64,000 nt of DNA from Octopus vulgaris (GCA_951406725.2 OX597833.1:65410001-65474000); one strand, 5' to 3'; numbered from the stretch's first letter, positions 25,260 through 40,705 are shown. Notes: generated by a model not told the origin, from the sequence alone. Made by a program: numbers and translations.

Positions 25260-25720
25260 GAGGTTCTCTCTATCCGTGAACATATTTGAAGTCTGTTGTG
25301 ACCGATCCCTGTAGATTTCGCTTCTTTTATATTTAGACTGTTCAATTCCTTTACGTAACTAACGTTTCTTGTTTTTAATTCTTCTTCGTCTCCACAAGAA
25401 TTCTTTGATAATATATCGATTCCTGCAAGCAATTTTATTTCTACAATTTTTTCTTCTTCTTCTTCTTCTTCTTTTTTCCTTTTCTTAGTCTCAGCACTTT
25501 CATATTATTCAAACTGGCGTTTTGTTTGCTTTTGCTTTTATTTTTATTTTTCGAAAATGTTTTATTGTTATGTAATTCTTCGTATCTCTTACCAAATTCT
25601 GTAGAGTTTTAGTTAAAGAGGGAAAATTCCTCGTCAACATTTCTATCAGCCCCATCTTCATACAACCGAATATTTTTCTTTTTAATACGGACCAACCTAC
25701 GAAAGATAGAGAGAGAAAGA
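25260..25720 (-). pseudogene. Possible degenerate Penelope/Neptune-like ORF fragment (thumb/linker region)
   Basis: [42 protein letters not shown] and [16 protein letters not shown] loosely resemble PLE N.FP.I...L..L..D.K...I.SKRQP.NL and C.R.RC..C..I. Bounded by (TA)n. Confidence 0.4.
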
Positions 25721-25766
25721 GAAAGCGTCGTACACTGCTTTGCCAAAGGAAGACGATAGATTTTAA

Positions 25767-25894
<128 letters not shown>

Positions 25895-26384
25895 GAACAC
25901 AGTTGACAGCCATATGTCTTTCACACGCGATTGCTTTCATTTGATAGAATTCTTGAAATCGAGTTGACATGGGATGACAAGATAGTTAAAAGGATGAGCT
26001 CTCCAGGAATCTCCGTCCATATAAGAGATCCAATACGTTTCTCCTTCATCAGCCAAGGCACTCCCATATCTCTCTTCCTGCTTCCCCACGCTGCACATTA
26101 TTTGGATTGGCGTATAGTAAAACGGATAAATGATGGATTCTTTATCAAAAGAAACTTCTCTTACATACAAAAAAGATATTGGGTACATATCCGACCACGA
26201 GAAAATGAACTTCATTTCAATAATACATTTACAATAAAGGAATGAAATTAATATCAATTTAATCTAAATTTAATCACGTCGTATAGAAACCCGGGAAATA
26301 TTCCTAGCTTATTAGGGCTTTTTAGTGAAGTATAAACTTCAGAATGATTAAGAGATCGAATCGTGCAAGATCATTATATGTATA

Positions 26385-26445
<61 letters not shown>

Positions 26446-26448
<3 letters not shown>

Positions 26449-26610
26449 ATAAATGTAAAAAAACACAAACTGGGACAAGAACGCAAAACATTTAGAAGAC
26501 GATACAAAAAAAAACGGACGGGACATTCGAAGCCTTCGATCTTCAGTCAAAAACCGGATCATCTTCGCAATTTCGGCTGATTAATTTTGAGATTGCTCTG
26601 ACCTGGTCAT
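26446..26610 (-). mobile_element. (TA)n-embedded short element, probable PLE terminus with degenerate hammerhead
   Basis: Related to 4940-5130 (ggacgg.acattcg...tttcggc.g.tta...ttgaga). Minus strand CTGAAGAtcgaaggcttCGAAtgtc. (TA)n on both sides. Confidence 0.45.
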
Positions 26611-26689
26611 ATATATGTATATATATATATATACAAAGTAAGGAGTAAAAAAGTAAAAAGGTAGAGGAAGTACGGTTAGGCAGCTTGTC

Positions 26690-26875
26690 CCACCATTATA
26701 GCTTGACGACCGGTGTTGGTGTATTTATGTACCCGCAAAGAAGAGGTTCGGTAAAAGAGACCGATAGAATAAGTACTAGGCTTACAAACAATAAGTCCTA
26801 CACTAGATTTGCTCTACTAAATGCGGTGCTCCAGCATGGCCGCAGTGAAATGACTGAAACAATTAAAGTAAAACA
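26690..26875 (+). mobile_element. SINE-A 3' half
   Basis: gcttgacgaccggtgttggtg...gagaccgatagaataagtactaggcttac...gcggtgctccagcatggccgcag. Confidence 0.8.
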
Positions 26876-26922
26876 AAAAACGCATGTGTGAATGAATCTA
26901 TGTATGTGTTTATGTTTGCATG

Positions 26923-26955
<33 letters not shown>

Positions 26956-27585
26956 TCGTGCGTGTTCATAATCTCTTCCGGCATGGGCGTTACAACTTCC
27001 TATAAGGATGTGTGGAGCGCAATAGATGCGTGACTATTAATATGTTTACAAAAATTAACACAATATTATCCCCGGATTATAAAAACTACTGTTGTAGTGA
27101 AAAGACAGGAGTGTAATGGACGTACGGAATCAAATCTAGATCTGTATTAAGTCCACTGGTGGCATTTTGGGGACAGGACATGTTTTTCAACCAGACAGGC
27201 GATTAGTGTACCAGACCAAAACAAAAATGTTCCATCAAGTAGGATTCTTTATAGTTTCCCTTTACAGAATTCCATTCACTATGATTTAGAATCTGTCCCC
27301 CTGAGGCTATAATAGGAGATTCCATCGTACGGTGCCAAAAAGGGGTAATCGAATCGGAAACAATTAAATTGTTGTGAAGCGATGTCTTTTACGACAGAGC
27401 TACGCCTAACTTCACTCCCCTGTGGATGTCTATTGTCATCGAATTGTTGGGTGCTTAATTCAGCGAATCTGGATAAATAAAAAAGACCTCACAAGGTTTC
27501 CAAATAGTTTAGAAATCAGAATTTTCTCTAATAAATACAAACTAGAGCAGGAAAACATCTTCTGCTTCAGTTTCATTCACGTAAG

Positions 27586-28295
<710 letters not shown>

Positions 28296-28503
28296 AAAGA
28301 TTATTTTACATTTTTGTTGTAGAAGAGAGAAATATCAATATATTGGAAAAGTGAACAGTTTCTCACCAAAAAACCGAACATTTTACATATATATACATAG
28401 ACATAAACACGTATAAATATATATAAATATGTATGTATGTATAACTATGTACAGAGATACATATATAAATGCAGTTATAGATCTACCTATATATGCATAC
28501 ATA

Positions 28504-28576
<73 letters not shown>

Positions 28577-28781
28577 TATGTGTGTATATATATGTATGTA
28601 TATATATGTGGGTATATGTGTGTGTGTGTGTGAATGTATATACGTATGTATATAAGTATATAAACGTGTAGCGTTTATTAAATATCAGTAGCAGAATATA
28701 CGAGGAAGCAACAGAGTGAATGAATAAGTAAGATTAACTGAGAATACTTCTAAGTAGTAGAAAAATATTCACACTGGGAAA

Positions 28782-28812
<31 letters not shown>

Positions 28813-29520
28813 AATTCATGCAGAGACAGAAGATGGTAAATTCTTTTATTGAAAATAATTCTTCATTCTTCAATTTTATTTATTTATATTTTTTTTTACA
28901 CTTTTGTATGTGTGTGGATATTTATGTGTTCTTTTTTTTTTTCTTTCGCTATTTTTTCAGTTGAAAATTTAAAATTTCACAAAATAATTTTGTTTTCTGT
29001 CGTTTCGTTTCGTGTTTTTTTTTTTTTAATATATTCTTTTTTTTTTCTTTTTTTTTTTCGCATTTAATTTTTTGGGGGTGTTTTTAAGTTATCCAATAAA
29101 CATAAGAAATACACCGCCAATTAAAATTCAATTACAAAACGAATATCGGTAAATAATAAAATAAAAATTGATTGCTCTTTGTTTTGTTTTTTTTTTGACA
29201 TTTTTGTTTCGGATTTCGAATATCATTTTTAATTATGGGATGTTTTACATTTTATATTCTTCCAGACTTATAAAATCGATCGAATTGATATCACAACGTC
29301 TCATCGGCTGGTTTTATGAAACAGAGGGTATGGAGAAGTGATGGCCCTAATTTGCCGGAGCATAAAATGTTGTCAGAGGTGATGCTTATTTCGATCAGAC
29401 GACATGACGAAAATAAACTACATATGGTCACTCGATTAAAAAAAATAGCAGCAAATTTTTTCCTGTATGTAAATTCTTCCTGTATGTATATATATATATA
29501 TATATATATATCTATATATA

Positions 29521-29735
29521 TAGTTCATCCAAACATGAAAACCCATAGAGAAAACACAACAACGCGAGGACGTGGAACAAGTATAATGTTATTAGACGCT
29601 TAGAAAAGGAAAGAAAGAAGAAGTATTCAAACGTTTCGAGCGGAGCTCTTCGTCAGAAACATAGGAAAAGGAAAGATCCAAGGAAGGGATGACGGAGGAA
29701 AAAAAATCGCCAACGATACACACGCGGTCACATTT
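29521..29735 (-). mobile_element. PLE-like terminal segment between (TA)n tracts, carrying a minimal hammerhead
   Basis: Hammerhead at 29629-29656. The segment acaacgcgaggacgtggaacaag...tattagacg is related to 50195-50245 and 54660-54760. Confidence 0.6.
29629..29656 (-). ncRNA. Minimal hammerhead ribozyme motif (PLE type)
   Basis: Minus strand CUGACGA A GAGC UCC GCUC GAAAC GUUU. Confidence 0.6.
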
Positions 29736-29760
29736 ATATATATATATGCGTATGTGTGTA

Positions 29761-29804
<44 letters not shown>

Positions 29805-30196
29805 TTTGTGTCTGCGTTTGTCCAACTCCCACTTCATTACCGCTTGATAACCGGCGTTGGTGTGTTTACCTTAGTGGCTCGGAAAAAGAGAGCCATTGTA
29901 TAAGTACAAGGCTTCGACCAACACCCTCTAAGGCAGTGCTCCTGAATGAAACGAGTGAATGAAACAAGAACAGAAGAATACCGCGGATTTCTATTCAGTT
30001 TAGTGTATATCCGCAACACCATTAAACGTTTTTCCCTTTTCTCTCTAGATCGGACGCCACAAATCTTGTCTAAATATACATTTTGCTGCGAGAACAATTC
30101 ATTGAAAAGAACAAAGGAGGCTGAAATGGTCGGGTGGTCGACGACTAAACAGATTCCCTTATTTGGAATTCCAAGAGAAGATGGTAATAACGACAT

Positions 30197-30430
30197 AAGG
30201 CAGCGTGCTGGCAGAATCGTTAGCACGTCGGGCTAAATGTGTAGCCATATTTCGTCTGCCGTTACGTTCTGAGTTCAAATTCCGCCGAGGTCGACTTTGC
30301 TTTTCATCCTTTCGGGGTCGATTAAATAAGTACCATTTACGCATTGGGGTCAATATAATCGACTTAATCCGTTTGTCTGTTCTTGTTTGTCCTCTCTGTG
30401 TTTAGCCCCTTGTGGGTAGTAAAGAAATAG
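30197..30430 (+). mobile_element. SINE-B, full length
   Basis: Matches 6502-6732, including the tail tttagccccttgtgggtagtaaagaaatag. Confidence 0.9.
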
Positions 30431-30767
30431 GTAGTCGTGATACTCTACAGGAATAGAAGGGCGGATGAGCTTATTTTGAGTCAACGGCCAACCACATGAG
30501 CTGTTTCATAAAAATGACCTGCACACGAGCTGATGGGGTTGTCAAACCGTGCAACTCGCCCAAGACTGTAACCAGGATAACTACAATGAAATACATTCAT
30601 TGATCTCGAGTTGGAATGTAAAGCGAGAAGAGTACAAGAAATGTATTGACAAACAGGGACTGGATCTCCGAAAATAATTTCGGCTGTACTGTGTTGATGA
30701 TTCAACTATGAAAACTGAAAGTAGTCTCCCTTACAAACTGCAAAATACATTTTATATGTCGCTAACT

Positions 30768-31194
30768 GCAGGAGTGGCTGTGTGGTAAGTAGCTTGCTTA
30801 CGAACTACATGGTTCCGGGTTCAGTCCCACTGCGTGGCACCTTCGGCAAGTGTCTTCTACTATAGCCTAGGGCCAACGAAAGCCTTGTGAGTTGATTTGG
30901 TAGACGGAAACTGAAAGAACCCACGTCGTATGTATATATATGTGTGTGTGTGTATGTGTGTGTGTGTGTATGTGTGTGTGTGTGTGTGTTTGTGTGTGTG
31001 TGTTTCCCCCCAACATCGCTTGACAACCGATGCTGGTATTTTTACGTCCCCGTAACTTAGAGGTTCGGCAAAAAAGAGCGATAGAATAAGTACTAGGCTT
31101 ACAAAGAATAAATCCTGGGGTCGATGTGCTCGACTGAAGGCGGTGCTCCTGCATGGCCACAGTCAAATGATTGAAAGAAATATGAGAATAAAAG
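30768..31194 (+). mobile_element. SINE-A, full length, with internal (TG)n
   Basis: Family A consensus. Confidence 0.9.
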
Positions 31195-31499
31195 CATAAT
31201 ACTGCGAATACCTTACGTACAGCGGTACAAAATTTCATCACTGTGTCCGAATGAACCAATAAGAATAACGAGTCGTAGCTAGAGCTACGGTATATGAAAC
31301 AAGGCAACAATATGTTACGAACGAAATTAAAAGAAAAGAAAGAATGAATTATTTATACGACGGCGATAAAAAACAATAACTATAATATCAAAATATCTCT
31401 GCTTTTCAGCAATAAAATAATATCGTGTTCTTGTGAGGAAATAAAACTCTTAGCGTGTTCCGCAAAATGTACTTTAAAAATATAGCAGTATATACAAGC

Positions 31500-31821
<322 letters not shown>

Positions 31822-31901
31822 ATGTATTCCACCTGCCTTCGTCTTTTGTTTATTTCCGTAAACCTGCCTTCGTCTTTTGTCTATTTTCATAAAGCTTCCC
31901 G

Positions 31902-31948
<47 letters not shown>

Positions 31949-32160
31949 AATGTCGGTGTGTAAGACATCAACAATAACAGGTAAACGTAAATTGTTCGGG
32001 AGAAAAAAAAATTGGCGAGAATCAAAACGATGACTTAAATATTTACTCTGAACAGAGCCTGCAAGATTTCTTTAAGATACATGGCGTGTGTTTTTAAACA
32101 TGCCTGTTTAAGTATCATAATAGCATGAAACTATCAGTAACTCATTCGGATGTATATTTA

Positions 32161-32220
<60 letters not shown>

Positions 32221-32221
<1 letters not shown>

Positions 32222-32395
32222 CACCGTGATCGACCAGGCTATCAGATGTTGCTACTCATCGCTGGTCACAATGCGTTTTGCATTGTTTTAACTTCTAAAT
32301 GACGCCACCCCGCTGGCTAAGCGAGCAGGCCAACAGAAGAAAGAATGAGAGAAAGTTGTGGCGAAAGGGTACAACAGGAATTGCCAAACCTTCCT
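32221..32395 (-). mobile_element. SINE-F-related fragment with a third tail type
   Basis: aacagaagaaagaatgagagaaagttgtggcgaaagggtacaacagg matches 16255-16310 and 4485-4518, but the adjoining sequence differs. Confidence 0.6.
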
Positions 32396-32879
32396 TGGGG
32401 AAGGTTTGTCTATGAGCTGTTGCAGATCGTACCGACAAATAAAGATTTCCTCCTAATCACCCCATTCTTCGATTTTCAGAACAGGAGATTACGACCTAAT
32501 TGTGATTGGACGGCTATCTTTAGCAGTTCGATCAATGCCGCATGGACTCACCACCACGTTTTCGTGTTTTGCAGCAACAATGGAAAAATATATTCGGTGG
32601 CTGTTGAAATGTGAACAAGAAATATGATGATGTCTAGATTCATATTAAAACACTAAAGAAGCGTTGTATCTCTGCTGCTGGAAAATTATATAATTGTCTG
32701 CAAATATAATCTGAAAATTGATAGGAAAACAAACATTATTAAATATGATTGCAAAATATGGCTTGGAGATATTGCGGGTTAATGGCTATACCTCCAATAT
32801 TTGATGATAATTTCTGTATGACCAGACGTAATTAATTGTGTAAATCTAAAATAACAAACATATGTTTAAAGCAACAAAG

Positions 32880-33400
32880 ACGGGTTCTCCGTCATTCTCG
32901 ACGATGAGAATTCAATTGTTGTGGCCAACGTAATTCCTATGCCTGCAAGGAATATTTAAATAGCTGAGTAGCTTGGCTCTCCGTCTGTTGCGACGAAGAC
33001 TGTTCCAGCTGATTTGATCAACGGAACAAATAAGTCTGTTCATGAAATTAAGTTACAAGTTTCAGAAAACAGCAAAAGTATGTGTACTTCTAACGTACTG
33101 CTCAGGAAGATTCAACAGGACACAGAAAGAGACAAGGCTAACCGTTTGAATTACAGGTATAGATAATATTTTTAATTACAGGTACAGATTAGACTTTATA
33201 TTACGTTATATTATATTATATTATATTACATTACATTATATTATGCAAGCAGGGCTTATATTTTGCCAGCTGCGTTAATTGGAACAACGAGAAATAAAAC
33301 GTTTTGGTCAAGGACAAAACGTGCTACCGAGAATCGAACTCACGACGTCACGATCGTGATCCGAGTGCCCATAACCACTACGCCACTGGGTTTCACGAAT
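32880..33400 (-). mobile_element. Diverged SINE-C/D copy
   Basis: ctccgtctgttgcgacgaagactgttccagctgatttgatcaacggaac (D tail), then ttttgccagctgcgttaattggaacaacgagaaataaaacgttttggtcaaggac (C core) and gaatcgaactcacgac (B box, reverse). Confidence 0.65.
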
Positions 33401-33484
33401 GACTGAGAATTCGAACTATAGGCGCATACTTAACGTAACTGTCAGGCCTAGTCAGCGTGATTCCATGCGTAAGAAGCTCAGGCT

Positions 33485-34226
33485 TGTGTAGAATGAAATA
33501 TTGCAAAGATAAAACACTATACAAGAAATTGAAAACGAATGAAACTGAAAATGGGTGGGGAAAGAAAACTATGCATAGACAATTTCATAGCGATATTAAA
33601 GATAAGAGAGACAGGTGAAAAATGATGACTGCAGATGACTAAAAGTGATTTAAAACCGAAAAACGGAGGCTCTAATCGGTGCTGCCCAAGAGCAAGCACT
33701 AAGAACAAACTACATAAAATACAGAATAGACAACACAGTAGAAAGTGATAAGTGCAGACTCTGTGGACAAAGCGATGAAATCGTATGGCATATTACCAGC
33801 CAATGTACGTCACTAGCCCAGAAGGAATATAAGAGAGGCCATAACCATATAGCCAGACATGTCCATTGGACACTTTGCAACAAGTATGGGCTTGACAGAG
33901 TAAAAAATTGGTAAGACCACATCGTCGAAAATAGAATTGCAAAGATCCTGTAGGATTTTATGATTCAGTGTGACCATGAAAGAGAGAGAGAGAATAGGAA
34001 GCCAGAGGACATAATTTCAATTGAGAAAGCGAGCAAAAATCTCGAGAAGTACGAGGAACAAATAGGGGTTGCAATAAAGGTGGAGCACTTGCAGAAAACA
34101 GCACTGCTTGGAACCGCTCGAATATTCCTGAAGGTGCTCGAAAAATAAGAGATGTTGCCTTAGTTCACTGGTAGTGAACAGCTGACACCGTAGTACATCT
34201 CCCGCGTTAGAAGCTGTGCAAAGGCA

Positions 34227-34227
<1 letters not shown>
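33485..34227 (+). mobile_element. R4/Dong-like non-LTR retrotransposon 3' portion (CCHC plus degenerate restriction-like endonuclease), followed by a (TAA)n tail
   Basis: Manual translation: TEALIGAAQEQALRTNYIKYRIDNTVESDKCRLCGQSDEIVWHITSQCTSLAQKEYKRGHNHIARHVHW...KIL*DFMIQCDHE..RKPE...EHLQKTALLGTARIFLKVLEK*. The AAQEQAL, CxxC-H-C, (R)HN and LQKxALLGTARI motifs are R4-clade hallmarks. Stops and an internal deletion are present. Confidence 0.88.
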
Positions 34228-34470
<243 letters not shown>

Positions 34471-34664
34471 TTTGAAATTTTGGCACAAGGCCAGCAACAT
34501 TGTGGAAAGATCGAAATCAATTACATAGGTCCGAGTTCTCAAGTGGTATTTATTTTATTGACTCCAAAGTGATGAGAGGCAACGTCGACCTCCATGGCGT
34601 TTAAATCCACAACGGAAGATTTATTACGCTCGGCACCGTAAATATACTCCCGGCTCGCTTTAAT

Positions 34665-35130
34665 AAGGATGACGATGATGTCGACGATGACGACGATGAT
34701 GTCGACGATGACGACGATGGTGATGACGGACGATGACGATGATGAGGAGGAATAGGAGGAGGAGTAGAGGAGGAGTAGAGGAGGGGTAGAGGCGGGGATT
34801 AGGAGAGGATGAGTGGATGAGGGGTGGGAAGAGAGGAGGGGAGGAGGTGGAGGAGGAGGGGAGGAGGTGGCGGATGTAGAGGAGGTGGAGGAGGAGTGGA
34901 TGAGAGGGGAAGGGATGAGGTGGAGGAGGAGGTGATGAGAGAGGAAGGGATGAGGTGGAGGAGGAGGGGATGAGAGGGGAAGGGATGAGGTGGAGGAGGA
35001 GGAGATGAGAGGGGAAGGAGACGGGAAGCAGGGGAGAAGGAGATGGGAAGGAGGACGAAGACGACGATGACAACGATGACGACGACGACGAACGGCGACG
35101 ACGATGCTGACTATGATGATGATGATGATA
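34665..35130. repeat. Purine-rich low-complexity array (GAT/GAC/GGA) with higher-order gagaggggaagggatgaggtggaggagg units
   Basis: Direct inspection. Confidence 0.85.
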
Positions 35131-35806
35131 ATACCTGAATAATTGCCTTTAATATTTTCTAGTTGATTGCTAGTTGATTTCCGTCAATGTTTTCCCTCAA
35201 TATACACAGAAATGGATAGAAAAGAAAAAGAGCGATACAGAGACACACTTAATATAACAGATGCAGAATGAGGGCTTCAGATTTTTCTGGAAAAAATATA
35301 TGCATTTGCATTTATTTTATATTTTTATAAATTTTTAAATAAAGTTGTACAGTTATAGGTTGTTGAATGCAGTAGTCTGCGATTGCTCTCATAAAATTTA
35401 GAAAACAATAACACATTTATTGCCAATATCAAAATGAGAAATTATACTTAATTTTATTTTAAAGTAATTAATATTTTTCGATTGATAATTAGTTTTCATT
35501 TCATCGTTTTATGTAAGAGCCATAAAACTTGATGAAAGTTAAATTATTGTTAAATTATAATTATTACACGTATGCTGTATTTCTTTCTTATTACACTTGG
35601 TGCTAAAAGTCGGGTAACATGCTAGTAATAAAAAATATTGTTCTCCGATTGAAGCGCAAGGACGAGGATTTTGAAGGACAAGCATTTTGGAGTCAATACT
35701 TTCGACTCCAGTACTTGACTAGTGGTTTATTTTATCGCTCCCAAAGGGACGAAATGCAAAGTTGACCTTGATAGGTTTTCTGTTCAGAAGTAAAAGAATT
35801 GAAACA

Positions 35807-35972
35807 GCAGGAGTGACTGTGTGGTAAGTAGCTTGCTAACCAATCACATGGTTCCGGGTTCAGTCCCACTGTGTGGCACCTTGGGCAAGTGTCTTCTGCT
35901 ATAGCCCCGGGCCGACCAATGCCTTGTGAGTGGATTTGGTAGACGGAAACTGAAAGAAGCCTGTCGTATATA

Positions 35973-36042
<70 letters not shown>

Positions 36043-36256
36043 AGTTTGTGTGTCTGTGTTTGTCCCCCTAGCATTGCTGGTGTGTTTACGTCCCCGTCAA
36101 TTAGCGGTTCGGCAAAAGAGACCGATATAATAAGTACTGGGCTTACAAAGAATAAGTCCCGGGGTTAATTTGCTCGACTAAAGGCGGTGCTCCAGCATGG
36201 CCGCAGTAAAATGACTGAAACAAGTAAAAGAGTAAAAGAGAGAAAAGAGTAAAGAG
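35807..36256 (+). mobile_element. SINE-A, full length
   Basis: Family A consensus with internal (TA)n. Confidence 0.9.
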
Positions 36257-36299
36257 CATTAATGGGTGGGGCAGTAACGAAGTCGGCAATGAAAACATA

Positions 36300-36451
36300 G
36301 ACGACAATGAAGTTGATGGTGACAATGATGATTATGATGATGATGATATAACAATGTGATGAAAGTGATGATGAGGAAGAGGAGGAGGAGTAGAAGGAGG
36401 GAGGTAGTGGTAGTGGTGGTGGCTTTGATGGCGTTGGCACTTGTGGTGATG

Positions 36452-36488
<37 letters not shown>

Positions 36489-36856
36489 CGATGGTGGTGA
36501 TGATAATGACGACGATGATGATGATGATGAGGATAATGATGATGATGATTATGATGAGGATGATGATGCTGATGGCGATGACGATGGTGGTGGTGGTGGT
36601 GGTGGTGGTGGTGTTAGTAGCGTTGATTGTTGTGATGGTGGTGGTGATGTAAATGTTAGTGTTAGTGCTGTTGTTGATGATGATGATGAGGATGATGACG
36701 ACGACGACGATTATGATAGTAACGATGACGATGGTGGTCGTCGTCGTCGTCGTAGCGTTGATTGTGGTCATGGTGTTGGTGCGGTGGTGGTGATGTAAGT
36801 GTTAGTGTTAGTGCTGTTGATGATGATGATGGTGATGATGATGATAATGATTGTGA

Positions 36857-36890
<34 letters not shown>

Positions 36891-37140
36891 GATGACGACG
36901 ACGTGGACGGCGGGCGACGGTGATGACTTCTTAAACGATTCAGAATAGAGACGGCGCTATAAATCCATTATCAAACAATGTACTGGTACATTCCATGAAA
37001 AAGGGCGTGTGGGAGCTGCTGCTGGTGGTGGTGGTGGTGGTGGTGGTGGTTGTGGTGGTGGTGGTGCTTCTGCTGCTGCTTCTGCTGCTGCTGCTGCTGC
37101 TGGCGACGGTTAAGCAACTGCAACAACAACAACAACAACC
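36300..37140. repeat. Degenerate (GAT)/(GGT)/(GCT)n low-complexity region with internal duplication (tagcgttgattgt...gatgtaa.tgttagtgttagtgctgttg, 2 copies)
   Basis: Direct inspection. Confidence 0.85.
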
Positions 37141-37700
37141 ATAAAATTCGCCATATCGAAAAGAAGCAAAAAAAGATAAATAAAGAAGAAGCGGGAAACA
37201 CGTCTCGCATAACAAACCATGTTATCAATAAACACAGCATTTATCATTATTATTAAGATATATCGAACACAGAAGATTTTTGGTTTTGATAAACGCAATT
37301 GAAATATGTTTACATATTACAAAGTTCTTCGTGGAATGATACGTTAGGAGTAGATATTAATAACAAAAGTGATGGATATGTTTACAAATTGACTTTGATT
37401 ATTCTGTATCACAAAACAGATGTGAAGTAAATAACATGTTATGATATAGGACTTTTAAATAAAGCTCAAAATAACATTAGGGAAGGCAAGAAAGTTTGCT
37501 ATAAGTGAGATGTACCAAAATGCTTGTGTGTTTTGCAGAATATGTAAACACGTGGTATACTAACTTCTGTAATTTCTTTATTTATTTATATTTTTTTTAC
37601 TCTCTTAATTTTAAAAGATGATTTGAAATTCTCTCTATTTGATGCTAAGCAAAATTATTCGGAAATTTGGCGTATATGTAACAAGCAAAATATTCTTGTA

Positions 37701-38114
37701 CTAGCAGCTAAGCCCGGTTTCACCCGGTCTTGTTTGGATGTTGTGGCTGTGATCGTTTTTTGGTTAGGCATAATCTATAACAGCGTTTGTCAACCATATC
37801 ACTCCGGGTCTCCTGTTTAGATTCGGAGCCTCCAGCTATATGAAAAATTCCTGACCCCCATCCCGTCAGATAACAGCTTCTAAGCAACTGGTTGTTTTAA
37901 TGGCAGAAGAAAGATGGAAATTCAATTAGAAAAAGTCTTAATCAATTTTCTCGGTGAGTATGGGTGTTAGGAAAGAAATACAAACTGCATTCCAATCTAT
38001 GCACCTGTCTCCAGATGTGTGCCATTTTTCACGCGAATCCACCCAGCCGTTTGGCTGTGAACCTCAAGACAAGAAAGAATACAACGATCGCCCTTGTCCA
38101 ATTTATATTATAGA
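37701..38114 (-). mobile_element. Non-autonomous Helitron-like element inserted at an A/T dinucleotide
   Basis: Plus strand a|CTAG...TAGA|t, i.e. minus strand 5'-TC...CTAG-3' between A and T. Subterminal hairpin ccggtttcacccgg. No TSD. Confidence 0.75.
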
Positions 38115-38440
38115 TTATGCATGATATATATAATGTTAAACGGAAGAATTACTGAATATGTTTGGCGGGGTACATATTCATAATCACTTTTTGCAAGAGC
38201 AAGCGTGACATTGACTACGACGTTTCGGCCAGCCAACATTCATCGAACTGACAGAGACGAACGTTAGTAGGCAAAATCTTCGAAGCCACTAACATCCCCC
38301 TTCTTGTAAATATATAATATACGTCCACTTACACACACACACACACACACGCACACACACACACACACACACGCACGCACAAACACACACACACACACAC
38401 ACACACAGACACACACACATATATATATATATATATTATA

Positions 38441-38842
38441 GGCGCAGAAGTGGCTGTGTGGTAAGTAGTTTGCTTACCAACCATATGGTTCCGGGTTCAG
38501 TCCCACTGCGTAGCACCTTGATCAAGTGTCTTCTACTATAGCCTCGAGCGGACCAAAGCCTTGTGAGTGGATTTGGTAGACGGAAACTGAAAGAAGCCGG
38601 TCGCATATATGTATATGTATGTGTGTGCGTGCTTGTATGTCTGTTTGTCCCCCCCAACATCGCTTGACAACCGATGCTGGTATTTTTACGTCTTCGTAAC
38701 TTAGCGGTTCGGCAAAAGTGACTGATAGAGTAAGTACTAAGCTTACAAAGAATAAGTCCTGGAGGTCGATTTACTCGACTATAGGCGGTGCTCCAGCATG
38801 GCCGCAGTCAAATGACTGAAACAAGTAAAAGAGTAAAAGAGT
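38441..38842 (+). mobile_element. SINE-A, full length
   Basis: Family A consensus with a short internal microsatellite. Confidence 0.92.
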
Positions 38843-39651
38843 ATATGTGCGTGTGTGTATATATACATACATGCACGCATGCATATACATGTATATACAT
38901 ACAACTATCTTTATGTGTGTATGCATATAGGCTAAAGCCCAAAGTAAACAAGCGGTATCTATATAATATTTATGAAATGTAAGGGTTGAGAAAGTCAATG
39001 AAGCTAACAGAGAGAGAGAGAGAGAGGGAGAGAGAGAGCGAGAGAGAGAGGGAGAGAGAGAGAGAGAGAGGTGGCGGGTGAGTGGAAAGGTGTGTCCAGG
39101 TAAGAATTACTAGTTTAAATTAAAATATTTACCTAAGATATTTTAAAGTAGCATTCAGACAAACGGGAGATTTTAATATTGATGGTTTCATGACTGGAAA
39201 CTAATTCAGTCAACGGCTATATATGGCCATTATCCATTGGGCAAAACACAGGGAAAAAAAAGAACTGAGCATTTCCAATTCCGAATATGAAGAAAATAAG
39301 TGTTAGTAGGCATGTTAATTATACGTTTGTTCAAGGAAAAGGTTAACACTAATTAGAATTTTGCCAATAAATATTTGAAGGTATTAATTAAGAGTAAACT
39401 AGATTAAGTTAGAGAAATAATTGCAAAGAGCAGCGAAGAGGTGACGGCGGTGGAGATTTAACGAGAATATAGAACATATATTTATGTGTTCGCGAGATTA
39501 GAGTGAGAAACAATTAGATTTTCTTAATGTCTGATGCAGAGAAGGAAAAAAAGAAGAAAAGCAGAAGAAAAGACGAGAATAAAACTAATTAAGTGATTGG
39601 AGAGTTTGGGTATCGTCAATAAGAAATGAATAAGCAATGGCAACAATATGG

Positions 39652-40093
39652 AGAAGAAGAAGAAGAAGAAGAAGAAGAAGAAGAAGAAGAAGAAGAAGAA
39701 GAAGAAGAAGAAGAAGAAAAAGAAGAAGAAGAAGAAGAAAAAGAAGAAGAAGAAGAGTGAATGGAAGAAGGAAGGAAGGTTGGAAGGAAGATGGAAGGAG
39801 AAGGATGGTGGTGGTGGTGGCGGTCATAATTATGACGAGAAATGAAAAAGTAGAAACAAAAGAAGAAGCAACGAAAAAAAGACGAAGGAACAACGAAGAA
39901 GGAGAAGAAAAGGAGGAGGAGGAGAAGAAGAAGAAGAAGAAGAAGAAGAAGAAGAAGAAGAAGAAACAACGAAGAAGAAGACGGGGAGAAGAAGAAGAAG
40001 AAACAACGAAGAAGAAGAAGGGGAGAAGAAGAAGAATAAGAATAAGAAGAAGAAGAATAAGAATAAGAAGAAGAAGAAGAAGAAGAAGAAGAA

Positions 40094-40124
<31 letters not shown>

Positions 40125-40160
40125 AAGAAGAAGAAGAAGAAGAAGAAGAAGAAGAAGAAG
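39652..40160. repeat. (GAA)n-dominated polypurine array (~500 bp)
   Basis: Direct inspection. Confidence 0.95.
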
Positions 40161-40238
40161 AAAAACGGCGGAGACTAGGTGACGGGATGTGAACAACTGG
40201 TGCTATAATGACTCCTGCAACAAGCTGAATATCTCACC

Positions 40239-40500
<262 letters not shown>

Positions 40501-40705
40501 CATGCCCTGATGCAGTACCAGGCAGTGGCTCTCATGGCTTCCGATCTTAACTGACTGGAAGTGTTATCATGTACGTTCCTTTATCTAGGTATAAAATATG
40601 GGCTACAGCAAATATCCTGCTAAATACTACAGATTTGCTTGTCAGTTGTTTGACCTTAACCAGTTGACCATATCCCTTGGTGGCTGATATGTGCATCTCT
40701 GATCA

